A stretch of 64,000 nt of DNA from Desulfurococcaceae archaeon. Lineage in GTDB: Archaea > Thermoproteota > Thermoprotei_A > Sulfolobales > Desulfurococcaceae. The position numbers and the translations under genes were made by a program. The notes under the pieces are model-generated. The model had not been told where the DNA came from and did not search any database. It saw only the letters and a list, made by a program, of their open reading frames with translations. Position 1 is the stretch's first letter; each line of letters starts with the position of its first letter. Location of the stretch: positions 1-64,000 of the forward strand of contig JAWBAI010000007.1 of assembly GCA_038816475.1 (NCBI GenBank), given 5' to 3'. Positions 49,427 through 58,516 of this stretch are shown one piece after another.

Positions 49427-50488
49427 CTAGCATATTCTCGGTACTATTTCACCGCGTGGAGGCTCAATTACTCTTAAACCACCCACGGGTGTTTCTGCTA
49501 CCACGTAGCCCTTGAACTCGTTTGTTTCTCTGACCTCACCAATTACTCTCGCGTTTTCAAAGCCTAGCTTGTGGATAAAGTCCACGAGCTCATCCACACA
49601 CCACTGCTCTACAGCTAGCACAGCTGATCCCTCGCTCGCAAGGTTTAACGGGTCTACTCCGAGAGCTTCAGCGTACTTTCTCACAGCTTCTCTGATCGGA
49701 ACTTTAGATTCATTAATGAGTATCAGTGTACCCGTCTTCGAAGCCCACTCGTTCAGAACTCCAGCCAAGCCTCCACGCGTGGGGTCTCTAGCCGCTTTGA
49801 TGCAACCTCGGTACCTGGACAATAGAGGTAGCATGAGCTTCGTTAACGGCTTAACGTCGCTTCTTAGTTTACCAGTTGTTATCTCTTCCACCTCCTCTCC
49901 GAGGCCCATTTGCATTAGAAGTATGACAGCGCCGTGGTCGCCTACGTAATCGGTTACGATGATTGCATCACTCGGTGATGGTTTATCGACTATGGGTTTA
50001 CCCTCGGATACGCCTATAGCAGCTGTTGTAATCACGATTCTGTCTATTTGACCCTTTGGCATAACCTTGAAGTCTCCGCCAATGAGCGCAATGCCTTCTT
50101 CTCTGAGCACACTTATCATGGAGTTCACTATGACCTCTAGGCTGCTCATGGGAAACCCTTCCTCCACAATTATCGTGTCTAGCATTGCTATCGGTTTGCC
50201 GCCCATCATTAAAACATCGTTAATGGAGCCACAGGCGGCTAAAACCCCTATGTTGCCACCGGGAAAGAAGGGTGGATTAACCGTGTACGAGTCTATGGAA
50301 ACCACCAGGTACCTGTTTTCCCCGATTGGAATAGCTGCTCCATCATCTGCAGCATCTATGCCTACACCACCCTCAACTCGCTTGTACTTGTCTTCAACCC
50401 GCCTGAAGATCATGTTTTCAAGCAACTCCAGCATTTCAACACCGCCGGAGCCGTGTGCCAGCGTTACTCTATCCATGGTTGAGATCAC
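49427..50488 (-). CDS. hypE: Hydrogenase maturation protein HypE
   Basis: LAHGSGG, DSYTVNP.FFPGG, RDPTRGG, C-terminal PRIC. Confidence 0.97.
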   Translation of the reverse strand: MISTMDRVTLAHGSGGVEMLELLENMIFRRVEDKYKRVEGGVGIDAADDGAAIPIGENRYLVVSIDSYTVNPPFFPGGNIGVLAACGSINDVLMMGGKPIAMLDTIIVEEGFPMSSLEVIVNSMISVLREEGIALIGGDFKVMPKGQIDRIVITTAAIGVSEGKPIVDKPSPSDAIIVTDYVGDHGAVILLMQMGLGEEVEEITTGKLRSDVKPLTKLMLPLLSRYRGCIKAARDPTRGGLAGVLNEWASKTGTLILINESKVPIREAVRKYAEALGVDPLNLASEGSAVLAVEQWCVDELVDFIHKLGFENARVIGEVRETNEFKGYVVAETPVGGLRVIEPPRGEIVPRIC

Positions 50489-50778
50489 CCTTGTCCCAGA
50501 CTTCTCATTTTCTCTAAGAGTACGAGGTAAGATGATATTAGGTTTTCAGCATCAGGTCCTAGAACCTCCCTGAAGAACTCCACCTGCTCTAGGAGATCAC
50601 TTGCGTCCATCCTGGACACGATAACTCCTGCGTGAACTACCACTAAATCCCCTCTTCCGATCCTCTCCTCGGAGATCCCTATGAGCACTTTTCTCGGTAA
50701 ACCATCACCGTAGTCTACTACAGCTGTCATGTTCTCGTAGTCAACGTTCAGCACAACAGCCGGTGAGCCCAGGCACAA
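50485..50778 (-). CDS. hypC: Hydrogenase chaperone HypC
   Basis: TTG start at 50778 gives MCLGSP (conserved Cys2); GDLVVVHAG. Confidence 0.92.
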   Translation of the reverse strand: MCLGSPAVVLNVDYENMTAVVDYGDGLPRKVLIGISEERIGRGDLVVVHAGVIVSRMDASDLLEQVEFFREVLGPDAENLISSYLVLLEKMRSLGQG

Positions 50779-50779
50779 G

Positions 50780-52024
50780 CTACTGATCACCTGTTCCTCC
50801 CTTGATCTCCCTCATGATCTTCGACAGGAGCTCCCTAGATCCGTAGTTGGCCCATATGGCGCATGCACCCTCAACTGATACCATGCATGGACCCACGGGT
50901 TTAACTGGTGTACACGCTTTAAGGAAGAGAGGACACTGAGATGGATAAGCCTTGCCAAGTACGACCTCAGCGCATCTGCAACCGGGTGGCATGTCGTACA
51001 CCCATGTGCTCGGAGTTAAATCCTTGATACCATACTCGTGAAAAGCATCGTACTTCTTGTACTCTTCTCTTAACCTCAATCCGCTCTTGGGTAAATACCC
51101 AATTCCCCGCCATGGATCGTCTACTACTTCAAAGACCCTCTTCACAGCTCGCTGAGCCTTTATATCCCCGTGCCACGTAACACTCCTCCTATACTCTACA
51201 GTGGTTTTTGCTTCACCCTTCGAGAGCTGCTTGAGCACTTCTAGTATAGATACAAGAACGTCAAGAGGCTCAAACCCCGAGACAACCACGGGGATGCGAA
51301 AGTTCTCGGACACGGGTTCCCAGACCTTTGCTCCTGTTATTGTTGAAACATGTCCGGGTGCTATTACTCCCATTATCGGGGGCTCTGTGGGCTTCTCTCT
51401 GCTAACCTCCAGCGCGTAGAACATTGCTGGTGGTGTTAGCTTAACAAGGCTTAAGAGCTTTAGGTTCTCCGGTATGTGCTTCTTGATCAGCGCAAAGGCG
51501 TAGCCCGGTGCTACTGTTTCAAAGCCCACTCCGGCGAACACTGATGGTTTTCCATGAGCAGACGCATCCCTGGATGCTGTTAGTATATCCGGAACAACTT
51601 TCACATTACCACCTAGACTCCTAGCTTCGCTCAGAGACCTAGCACCCTTAACATCTCTATATGCACGTAGTCTGTACACGTCTCCGTACGCATACACTGT
51701 TACCCCTTCAAGAGACAATTTTATCAACTCCTCGATGTAGTAGGATGGTACAACGCAGACGGGGCATCCGGGTCCAGCAACAAGCTCTAATCTACTGGGA
51801 ACTATGCTTCTGATACCATAATAGGTTATTGTCCACTCATGTGTACCACAGAAGTTCATGATCTTGAGCTTTTCGACCCCGGTTCTTGTCCTGTACTGAT
51901 CCCAGTAGTCTCGAATTTTTGCAAGCACGTATTCAACCAACCTCTTGTTCAGCCTAAGGTCTTTCTCAAGCATCGAGAACAGCTCTACGCTTGAGTACAT
52001 GTAAACACCTTGCTTATTCTGCAT
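50780..52024 (-). CDS. hypD: Hydrogenase maturation protein HypD
   Basis: CGTH, GPGCPVC, GFET, PGHVS, GPCMVSVEGAC; start may be near 52000. Confidence 0.97.
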   Translation of the reverse strand: MQNKQGVYMYSSVELFSMLEKDLRLNKRLVEYVLAKIRDYWDQYRTRTGVEKLKIMNFCGTHEWTITYYGIRSIVPSRLELVAGPGCPVCVVPSYYIEELIKLSLEGVTVYAYGDVYRLRAYRDVKGARSLSEARSLGGNVKVVPDILTASRDASAHGKPSVFAGVGFETVAPGYAFALIKKHIPENLKLLSLVKLTPPAMFYALEVSREKPTEPPIMGVIAPGHVSTITGAKVWEPVSENFRIPVVVSGFEPLDVLVSILEVLKQLSKGEAKTTVEYRRSVTWHGDIKAQRAVKRVFEVVDDPWRGIGYLPKSGLRLREEYKKYDAFHEYGIKDLTPSTWVYDMPPGCRCAEVVLGKAYPSQCPLFLKACTPVKPVGPCMVSVEGACAIWANYGSRELLSKIMREIKGGTGDQ

Positions 52025-52039
52025 TGGAGTTTAGAGTGT

Positions 52040-52110
52040 GTGAAGGACCGGGGGGCCCACCCCGGTTCATACGACCGAGGGACTTCTCGGCTAGTCACCG
52101 GGGCCTCCAT
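52040..52110 (-). ncRNA. GC-rich K-turn-containing RNA element upstream of hypD
   Basis: Minus strand CCCCGGT-GA...CCGAG/CTCGG...TAT-GA-ACCGGGG plus a second downstream CCCCGGT. Confidence 0.5.
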
Positions 52111-52134
52111 GGGTATTAATGGTACTAAGGGGTT

Positions 52135-52446
52135 TTAAGCGGTGTACATGCCTACGCTTTCTGGTCTTACTTCTTTTTCAATCCATTTACGCAGGTTTCT
52201 CGTAACCACGTACGATGCTATGATCAGCGCTAAAGCTACGATCATCATTAAGACTATTACTACCGGGTCACCGAAGCCGACGCATATAGGTATGAACATT
52301 ACGACTATGCATCCTCCTCCAGCTACTCTTAGATCAGCTGTATAGCCCTGAACTAGGAGCGCAAGAGTGTACGCTACTGTAGCCAGGAATATAGCTAGAA
52401 ACCCTGCGAAAATCAAGGCTAAACCTAGCTTGAAGAGCTTCACCAA
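52135..52446 (-). CDS. DUF131-family small membrane protein
   Basis: GGGCIVVMFIPICVGFG motif; three TM helices. Confidence 0.7.
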   Translation of the reverse strand: MVKLFKLGLALIFAGFLAIFLATVAYTLALLVQGYTADLRVAGGGCIVVMFIPICVGFGDPVVIVLMMIVALALIIASYVVTRNLRKWIEKEVRPESVGMYTA

Positions 52447-52721
52447 ACCACCCTTAGGACCCCAGATAGTACAAGGTAGACTAGGAGTGTAACTATCATT
52501 AGAGTTATCGCAAGCACCACCAAAACCTTCGTTATTCTCGTAGTAGTTCCGAAGACTATGGGTACAGGACCAACAATTACTACTCCACCAGCTTCAGCTT
52601 TACCCTCGGCTCCAGCTTTAGCGAACTCCCTCAGTACACTGAGCATTAGCAGAATCACACCTACAGTCACAACAGCAAACGATACGAGAAAAACCAGCAG
52701 AAAAAGATCTACAAAGCTCAT
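52440..52721 (-). CDS. DUF131 (TIGR00304) small membrane protein
   Basis: GGVVIVGPVPIVFGT motif. Confidence 0.85.
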   Translation of the reverse strand: MSFVDLFLLVFLVSFAVVTVGVILLMLSVLREFAKAGAEGKAEAGGVVIVGPVPIVFGTTTRITKVLVVLAITLMIVTLLVYLVLSGVLRVVW

Positions 52722-52816
52722 AAAACTAACACCTATGCACTATACCTATGTCTAGCTATGAAAACGCACTTTAAAAACATCGTACTCGAATTTGACTAGG
52801 TGAGAAGAAAAAGTGC

Positions 52817-54055
52817 TTACATTGGTTTTTCTATCTTGGGTTTTAACCCTATGATCCTTTGAATTAGAACTGTGCAGGCATTGTCTCCTGATACATTGAT
52901 GGCTGTTCTAATAGCATCCGCTGGTGGGTCTATTACCATCATTATTCCTACGCCCTCGAGTGGTAAACCAACAACGGATAACACGTACGCTAGCATTACG
53001 GTTCCACCTCCGGGTATAGCTGCTGTTGCTATTGATCCTACAAGCGCTGATAGAACTATCAAACCGTACTGGTAGGGTGCTAACGAGATCCCGAACAACT
53101 GAGCGATGAACACTGCACTGATAGCCTGGTATAACGCTGTTCCATCCATATTGACTGTTGCTCCAATAGGTAGTGTAACCTGAAACACCTCGTCTCTCAC
53201 GCCCATTCTTCTCGCTGCTTCCATGTTGTACGGTAGTGTAACAGCAGATGACCTCGTCGCGAACGCCACGAGGAAGGGTGTTAACTGGTGTTTAAAGTAG
53301 ACTAATGGGTTTAATCCACCTAGTGACACTATTATTGGATACACCAGGAAGAAGTGTATGAAGGTAAAGAGGTACTGTGCACCAAGGAGTTTACCGTAGG
53401 CACCTAACATCTGGGGACCATACGTTGCTATTAACCAGGCTGCATAACCAAAGATAGCTACTGGTGCATAGTACATAATCACTCTTACAACGTTTATCAT
53501 TGTTCTAGAACCTAGCACTAATACCGAGTAGACTTTCCTTCCCTCTTCGCCGAGCAGAACTGTAGCTACACCCGTGATTATTGCAAATATGATCATGGTC
53601 ATAGCTCCACCAACTGTTAACAACAAGTTGAAATCGAGCTGGAAGAAGCTTAGAACTATGTCTACTCCACTAGGAGGCTTTGGAGGCGTGTAACCTGGGG
53701 GTGGTGTTAGCCCTACTCCAGCACCGGGTGCGAACAGTAGACCAGCTAATACACCCCATACAGCTGCAAGTACCGATGTAGAAACATAGAGCATCATCAT
53801 GAGCACGAGAATTACACCTAGTTTTCTTAGATCAGCTATTGAAGCTGTAGCAGCAGCTATCGTAAAGAATATCAACGGCGGTATGACTACCCTTATCAAC
53901 CTTACGAAGATATCGCCTAGGAGCTTTAACCACGCTGACGCCTCCGTTCTAACAGCATCTGGAAGTTGCAGTAGTGCATAGCCCACGATGATACCCAACA
54001 GGAATCCTATTGCTATGGCTAAAAGTAGAGTCCATCTTCCCATTCTGGAGTACAT
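52817..54055 (-). CDS. Dicarboxylate/amino acid:cation symporter (GltPh-like)
   Basis: ATRSSAVTLP, GATVNMDGT, DAIRTAINVSGD. Confidence 0.95.
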   Translation of the reverse strand: MYSRMGRWTLLLAIAIGFLLGIIVGYALLQLPDAVRTEASAWLKLLGDIFVRLIRVVIPPLIFFTIAAATASIADLRKLGVILVLMMMLYVSTSVLAAVWGVLAGLLFAPGAGVGLTPPPGYTPPKPPSGVDIVLSFFQLDFNLLLTVGGAMTMIIFAIITGVATVLLGEEGRKVYSVLVLGSRTMINVVRVIMYYAPVAIFGYAAWLIATYGPQMLGAYGKLLGAQYLFTFIHFFLVYPIIVSLGGLNPLVYFKHQLTPFLVAFATRSSAVTLPYNMEAARRMGVRDEVFQVTLPIGATVNMDGTALYQAISAVFIAQLFGISLAPYQYGLIVLSALVGSIATAAIPGGGTVMLAYVLSVVGLPLEGVGIMMVIDPPADAIRTAINVSGDNACTVLIQRIIGLKPKIEKPM

Positions 54056-54196
54056 AGCTATACCCTTCCATTGGTGAGTTCAAACGATTTTATAAGTTTT
54101 AACTAATGTAAGACCAGGAGGTTATAGAGTTATACTTATAAACCGAGCCTCTTTAAGCGTACACATGAGGATTTAGGATTGGTGTAACCGAGGTAT

Positions 54197-54670
54197 ATGA
54201 CTAGGGTTGCCGAAAGGTTTAGTTTTGTCAACTTCGGGAACATATGCTCCTCGTGTAGTATAAACTGCTGTAGAAGATTCTACGCTGTACTACTACCCGA
54301 GGAGGAAGAGGAGTTCAAAGACGTAGCCTTTACAATTAGCACTGAGCGCGGTGAAGTAAAATGCATAGGCTCCAGAAGCAGTAAACCATGTCCCTTTCTC
54401 GACAGCAGAAGCCTATGCACAATTTACAATAAACGACCCCTGGACTGTAGACTATGGCCAATCATAGTGTACATAGACTTTAAAACAAGAGAAAAAGTGG
54501 TTTACTTAGACATGGACTGTCCAGCAGCAAAAGAAGGTAGAATACCCAGGGAAATCATAGAAAAAATAGTCGAGGAAATCAAGAAAGTAGAATTAAACGA
54601 ATCATGGCTTGAAAAGTACACACTAGCTCCGTGGCCTAACAACCTTGTGGAAATAACCAGGTACAAATAG
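54197..54670 (+). CDS. YkgJ-family (CxxCxxCC) cysteine cluster protein
   Basis: CSSCSINCC, CPFL, CTIY..RP..CR.WP. Confidence 0.9.
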   Translation: MTRVAERFSFVNFGNICSSCSINCCRRFYAVLLPEEEEEFKDVAFTISTERGEVKCIGSRSSKPCPFLDSRSLCTIYNKRPLDCRLWPIIVYIDFKTREKVVYLDMDCPAAKEGRIPREIIEKIVEEIKKVELNESWLEKYTLAPWPNNLVEITRYK

Positions 54671-54694
54671 TGTAACTAATGAGTTGAGAGAATA

Positions 54695-54876
54695 GGGCCG
54701 GTTTACCCCGATCTCCACATAGTAATAAGCTTAACATACTGGTAAAACACAGAGACCGAGACTGTAAACCAGCACCCACCCGGTTTCCCGGGTGAGCGCC
54801 AGCTTACAGCCCCGACCCCCGTGTTTCACCAGTATGTTAAGCTTATTACTATGTGGAAACCGGCTGGGCCCGGCCC
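54695..54876 (-). ncRNA. Rod-like hairpin RNA closed by a bulge-helix-bulge motif (predicted 161-nt circular RNA)
   Basis: 75-bp arms 54709-54783 / 54788-54862, 61 WC plus 14 G-U on the minus strand, GAAA loop; BHB GGGCCGG-GCCC-AGC / GGGT-AAA-CCGGCCC. Confidence 0.8.
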
Positions 54877-55037
54877 AGTTTATTACTTGTGCTGATCTTA
54901 TACATAAGTAGAATGTTTTGTATTAAATGTGCTTACTATCGTTTTTTCTGCGAACTCTTAAGGCGTTTTTGTATAAGTATTGTTCAAGTAATACGTTCTT
55001 CATAATATGGAATGGTATTACTTGAACTATCTTGTTC

Positions 55038-55628
55038 TTACTCTTGCTTCCGAGTATTCCATACTATGGTATATGGTGAGACCAAAATTATATTTTTACG
55101 TGTTATCTCATCAAAAGCCGAGGGGTGAATGTACAAGCCGTAGATCAATGCAACTATCCTGTAGTTGAGACCTAGGGTTGCTACTACTTTCTCTATTTTC
55201 TCAGCTAGATTAACTACATCCTCCCTGTGAACCCTAGATTTCGCTTCACCTATTACAACAACTCTTTCACCAGTTTTCCTGTGGTATCCAATACCGTAGA
55301 AGTCTACTTCAATGTACTTCCCGTCAACGGTGAAGAAAGCCCTGCTCAGCTGTGAAACCTCTATGTCCGCGTTGTGAAGTAACCATGATGGAAGAAAGAC
55401 TCTAGCTGTATCCTCGATTATGAGTCCATAAATATCACTTAGTCGACTAACTTCTCGCGATAGCTCGTTTACGTGTTTTCCTATCTTCTCAATCTTATCG
55501 GCGAGTAGCATAATCGTTTTCTTCAACTCATCAATGTCTTTACTATCAGTACTAGCGTCCAGTACCTCGTTGGAACCGCATTTTCTTCTGAATAGTCCTC
55601 TGTTAAACAGTACTGCGAAGAACCCCAA
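55038..55628 (-). CDS. Coiled-coil plus PD-(D/E)XK nuclease-fold protein (DUF3782-like)
   Basis: Heptad segment then G.IIED, IEVDFYG, IGEAK. Confidence 0.7.
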   Translation of the reverse strand: MGFFAVLFNRGLFRRKCGSNEVLDASTDSKDIDELKKTIMLLADKIEKIGKHVNELSREVSRLSDIYGLIIEDTARVFLPSWLLHNADIEVSQLSRAFFTVDGKYIEVDFYGIGYHRKTGERVVVIGEAKSRVHREDVVNLAEKIEKVVATLGLNYRIVALIYGLYIHPSAFDEITRKNIILVSPYTIVWNTRKQE

Positions 55629-55726
55629 CTAACCCCTTTAAACAAAGCCTTATAGTATAGTTGATAAGGGATTAGACTTGGTATTACCGGGATTAAACAT
55701 TCATCGTTCACTCGTGGTGATCACTA

Positions 55727-56539
55727 GTGAGCTGCGAAACCCTATTAAGTGAAACCCTGCTTGAAGCTGTGAAGGTTTTGGTATCACTGGTGTTTCTCGT
55801 TGTTTTAGGCTACTACGACATGAGGTCAAGACTATTACCCGATGTGTTAGTCTACACTTACGCAGGGGTTTCAACCGTAGTTTTCACGTTTACATTATTC
55901 AATATCTTCAGATGCTATTCACCCACTGTATTAGCAATCTACGTGCTGTTCTCAACTGCTTTAACAACGGGATTGCTATACGCTTTGTATAAAATGGGGC
56001 ACGCTGGTGACGGAGATGTGTATGTTATGCTATCTATAGGGCTTTCACACTCGTTCCCCAGCGTGTATAGAGTAGTGCCGTTGGGGTACGGTTTACTACC
56101 ACCAGGTCTCGTTATACTGCTCTATGCATGTATCGTTCAACTAATCGTGCTAGTGTACCAAGTCTTCGTGAACATTACTAAGTATCGAAGTGTAGTCAAA
56201 GACCTTAAAGGAGTGTATAAACTGATTGTTCCACTCATCTCAAAGCCCGTAAAAATAAAAGACTACGTTAGTAGTCCACGTGAGCATGTGCACCCTATAC
56301 AGTGCCCGGAGGTTTATGAGAATGAGGTTAAATGGTTCTTCAGGTTAACATCGAGGATCGACGAAGAGGACTGCATACTGAAGTTTAGGGACGAGCTTGT
56401 GAACACAATGGGGGACATGTACATCTGGGTTTCACCGAAAATACCCTTCGTGTTCTACATGATGATCGGGTTTGTGATTTTCATACTGCTTGGAGACTAC
56501 GCTGTACTTGTAGCATTACGAACGCTGGTTCCAAGTTAA
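55727..56539 (+). CDS. Prepilin/preflagellin peptidase (A24, PibD-like)
   Basis: YYDMRSR and GDGD catalytic aspartates; C-terminal IWVSPKIPF. Confidence 0.85.
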   Translation: MSCETLLSETLLEAVKVLVSLVFLVVLGYYDMRSRLLPDVLVYTYAGVSTVVFTFTLFNIFRCYSPTVLAIYVLFSTALTTGLLYALYKMGHAGDGDVYVMLSIGLSHSFPSVYRVVPLGYGLLPPGLVILLYACIVQLIVLVYQVFVNITKYRSVVKDLKGVYKLIVPLISKPVKIKDYVSSPREHVHPIQCPEVYENEVKWFFRLTSRIDEEDCILKFRDELVNTMGDMYIWVSPKIPFVFYMMIGFVIFILLGDYAVLVALRTLVPS

Positions 56540-56687
56540 TTTCAATCACGGTGGTACGACCTAGCTTGTTTCGTCTCGGAGCAGGTGCATCTCAACTTAT
56601 GAACTCACTGAAAGCGTTATCGTGTTTCTTAATGATGGGGTTTTCATAATATCCTCTGATTAGACCAGTAATCGCAAGGGAGCTCTG

Positions 56688-57410
56688 TTGTCTTGGGTTA
56701 TTAATAAAGAGGAATGGATCAGAATATACAACTACATTACAACTCACCTGCCAGAGCTGAACTTCGCAAGAGACCAGCTCGCTACTGATGTCCTGAGTGC
56801 TATTATCAGCAAGCACAGGAGTATTCTACCCCTTGAAGAGTTCCTCGAAGACCTAAGAGGGTTTGATTTAGCTGTCGTAGTAGGTTGTAGTGAATCCCTG
56901 TACAAAGACCTTGCAACCCTGGGAAAGCTTACAGCCAGGAACGATGGTGTTCTCCTGGTAGCTGCTGATGGAGCTGTAAGCGCGTTGCTAGAGCATGGTT
57001 TTGTACCACACCTCGTAGTCTCCGACCTCGATGGCGACTTCAACAGCATTAAGAAAGCCTCGAGCATGGGTTCAATCGTAGTTACTCATGCTCACGGAGA
57101 CAACATTAGCAAGCTGAGAAGAGTGCTCGAACTGGAGGGACCTGTGATAGGCTCTACGCAGGTTGAACCCAGACCTCATGTACATAACTTTGGTGGGTTC
57201 ACGGATGGTGATAGAGCTCTCTACATACTATACCATGCTGGTTACAGAAGAATTATCCTCGCAGGTTTTAACTTCGATGAACCACACGTTTGCCCAGGCA
57301 AGGTGGTAGTGGACTATGCTGTAAAGAAGAAGAAACTTGATGTTGCTAAGTGGCTTATTTCTTTGCTTGAAGATAAAGGGTTACAAGTGGTGAACACACG
57401 TGAGCTGTAG
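56688..57410 (+). CDS. mptE: 6-hydroxymethyl-7,8-dihydropterin pyrophosphokinase MptE
   Basis: AADGA, SDLDG, HAHGDN, NFGGFTDGDRA. Confidence 0.9.
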   Translation: MSWVINKEEWIRIYNYITTHLPELNFARDQLATDVLSAIISKHRSILPLEEFLEDLRGFDLAVVVGCSESLYKDLATLGKLTARNDGVLLVAADGAVSALLEHGFVPHLVVSDLDGDFNSIKKASSMGSIVVTHAHGDNISKLRRVLELEGPVIGSTQVEPRPHVHNFGGFTDGDRALYILYHAGYRRIILAGFNFDEPHVCPGKVVVDYAVKKKKLDVAKWLISLLEDKGLQVVNTREL

Positions 57411-57789
57411 CGAAGACCCTGCCGCGAAGTACTTCTCTTCTAAGGTTACTCCGAGAGACAGAGCTGTGTTCGAAGCAGGTATAGCCATTGGGACTGCTGT
57501 GCACCAATTCAGCGGTATTCCCCTGAGAACACCTCAGGACCTCGAGGTTATACGTGAAGCCGTGAGAAGAGCTCTACTAGCTCAACCCTGCAGAGAGTAC
57601 GTTGAAGTCGAAATAGAGTATGAGAAACCATCAAGACCACCACCATACGACTACACAACCCTGAAGTCTAGGAACATGGACCTGAGAATAGTTGTTAACT
57701 ACAAGGGTACTAGAGTAAAGGCTAGGTTAAGGTACATTCCGGAGCTTGATTTCACTCTCGGCTACATAGAGGACATCGAGGAGTCCTAA
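57400..57789 (+). CDS. mptD: Dihydroneopterin aldolase MptD (DUF381)
   Basis: RDRAVFEAGIAIG...HQFSG, QP, YTTL, L.YIPEL. Confidence 0.88.
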   Translation: MSCSEDPAAKYFSSKVTPRDRAVFEAGIAIGTAVHQFSGIPLRTPQDLEVIREAVRRALLAQPCREYVEVEIEYEKPSRPPPYDYTTLKSRNMDLRIVVNYKGTRVKARLRYIPELDFTLGYIEDIEES

Positions 57790-57790
57790 C

Positions 57791-58516
57791 TTGAAGAGCA
57801 TTGCTTGGGGAATAACAGGTGCTGGTGCATACCTAGAGGAGTCTATTGAAGTAATCGAAGAGATCTCAAAGCTCGGTCTCAAGGTCACTGCTTTTGTTTC
57901 AAGAGCCGGTGAGCAAGTACTAGAAATGTACGGTTTAAGAAGCAGGCTGGAGATCGCTCTAAGAGGAGAATACCCGGTTGGTGTTGTCTACGAAAGCGCT
58001 GAACCACCTGGGTACCCAGCAACAGGTAGGCTTTACCTTGGTGTTTACTCTGCTGTTGTGGTCTCACCAGCTACTTTGAATACTGTTGCAAAAATCATTC
58101 ACGGAATATCCGATACACTTGTAACAAACCTAGTTGCACACAGTGTTAAAGCCGGATTACCCGTGTACATACTACCAGTAGATCTTTACGAGGTCAAAAG
58201 CAGGGTTCCTCTCTACGTGGACAGATCGAAATGCAACCTCTGTTCGGAATGCGCCGTAGTACCCGTGTGCCCTACAGAAGCTGCAAAGCCTCACCCGTAC
58301 TACAAGGTAGTAGTAGACCTGAGGAAATGTACCAGGTGTTTTGCTTGCACATCCATGTGTCCACACAACGCAATAAGGTTTAACGTAGAGATAGTTGTTC
58401 ACCCGGTTCCATACTACGTTGAGATAATCAAGAAGCTGGAACACATGCCTCGTGTTCGAATCATTAAACACCCATCCGAGATCACCAATATACTGGTGAG
58501 GTCTCTACGAAAGTAG
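57791..58516 (+). CDS. dmrX: Dihydromethanopterin reductase DmrX-like iron-sulfur flavoprotein
   Basis: IAWGITGAG, PAT.NTVAKI..GISDTLVTN, LPVD, two CxxCxxCxxxCP-type ferredoxin motifs. Confidence 0.85.
   Translation: MKSIAWGITGAGAYLEESIEVIEEISKLGLKVTAFVSRAGEQVLEMYGLRSRLEIALRGEYPVGVVYESAEPPGYPATGRLYLGVYSAVVVSPATLNTVAKIIHGISDTLVTNLVAHSVKAGLPVYILPVDLYEVKSRVPLYVDRSKCNLCSECAVVPVCPTEAAKPHPYYKVVVDLRKCTRCFACTSMCPHNAIRFNVEIVVHPVPYYVEIIKKLEHMPRVRIIKHPSEITNILVRSLRK

Noticed and set aside
54120-54144. GGTTATAG...TTATAAACC as a dif site
   Set aside because: Poor symmetry; better explained as divergent TATA boxes
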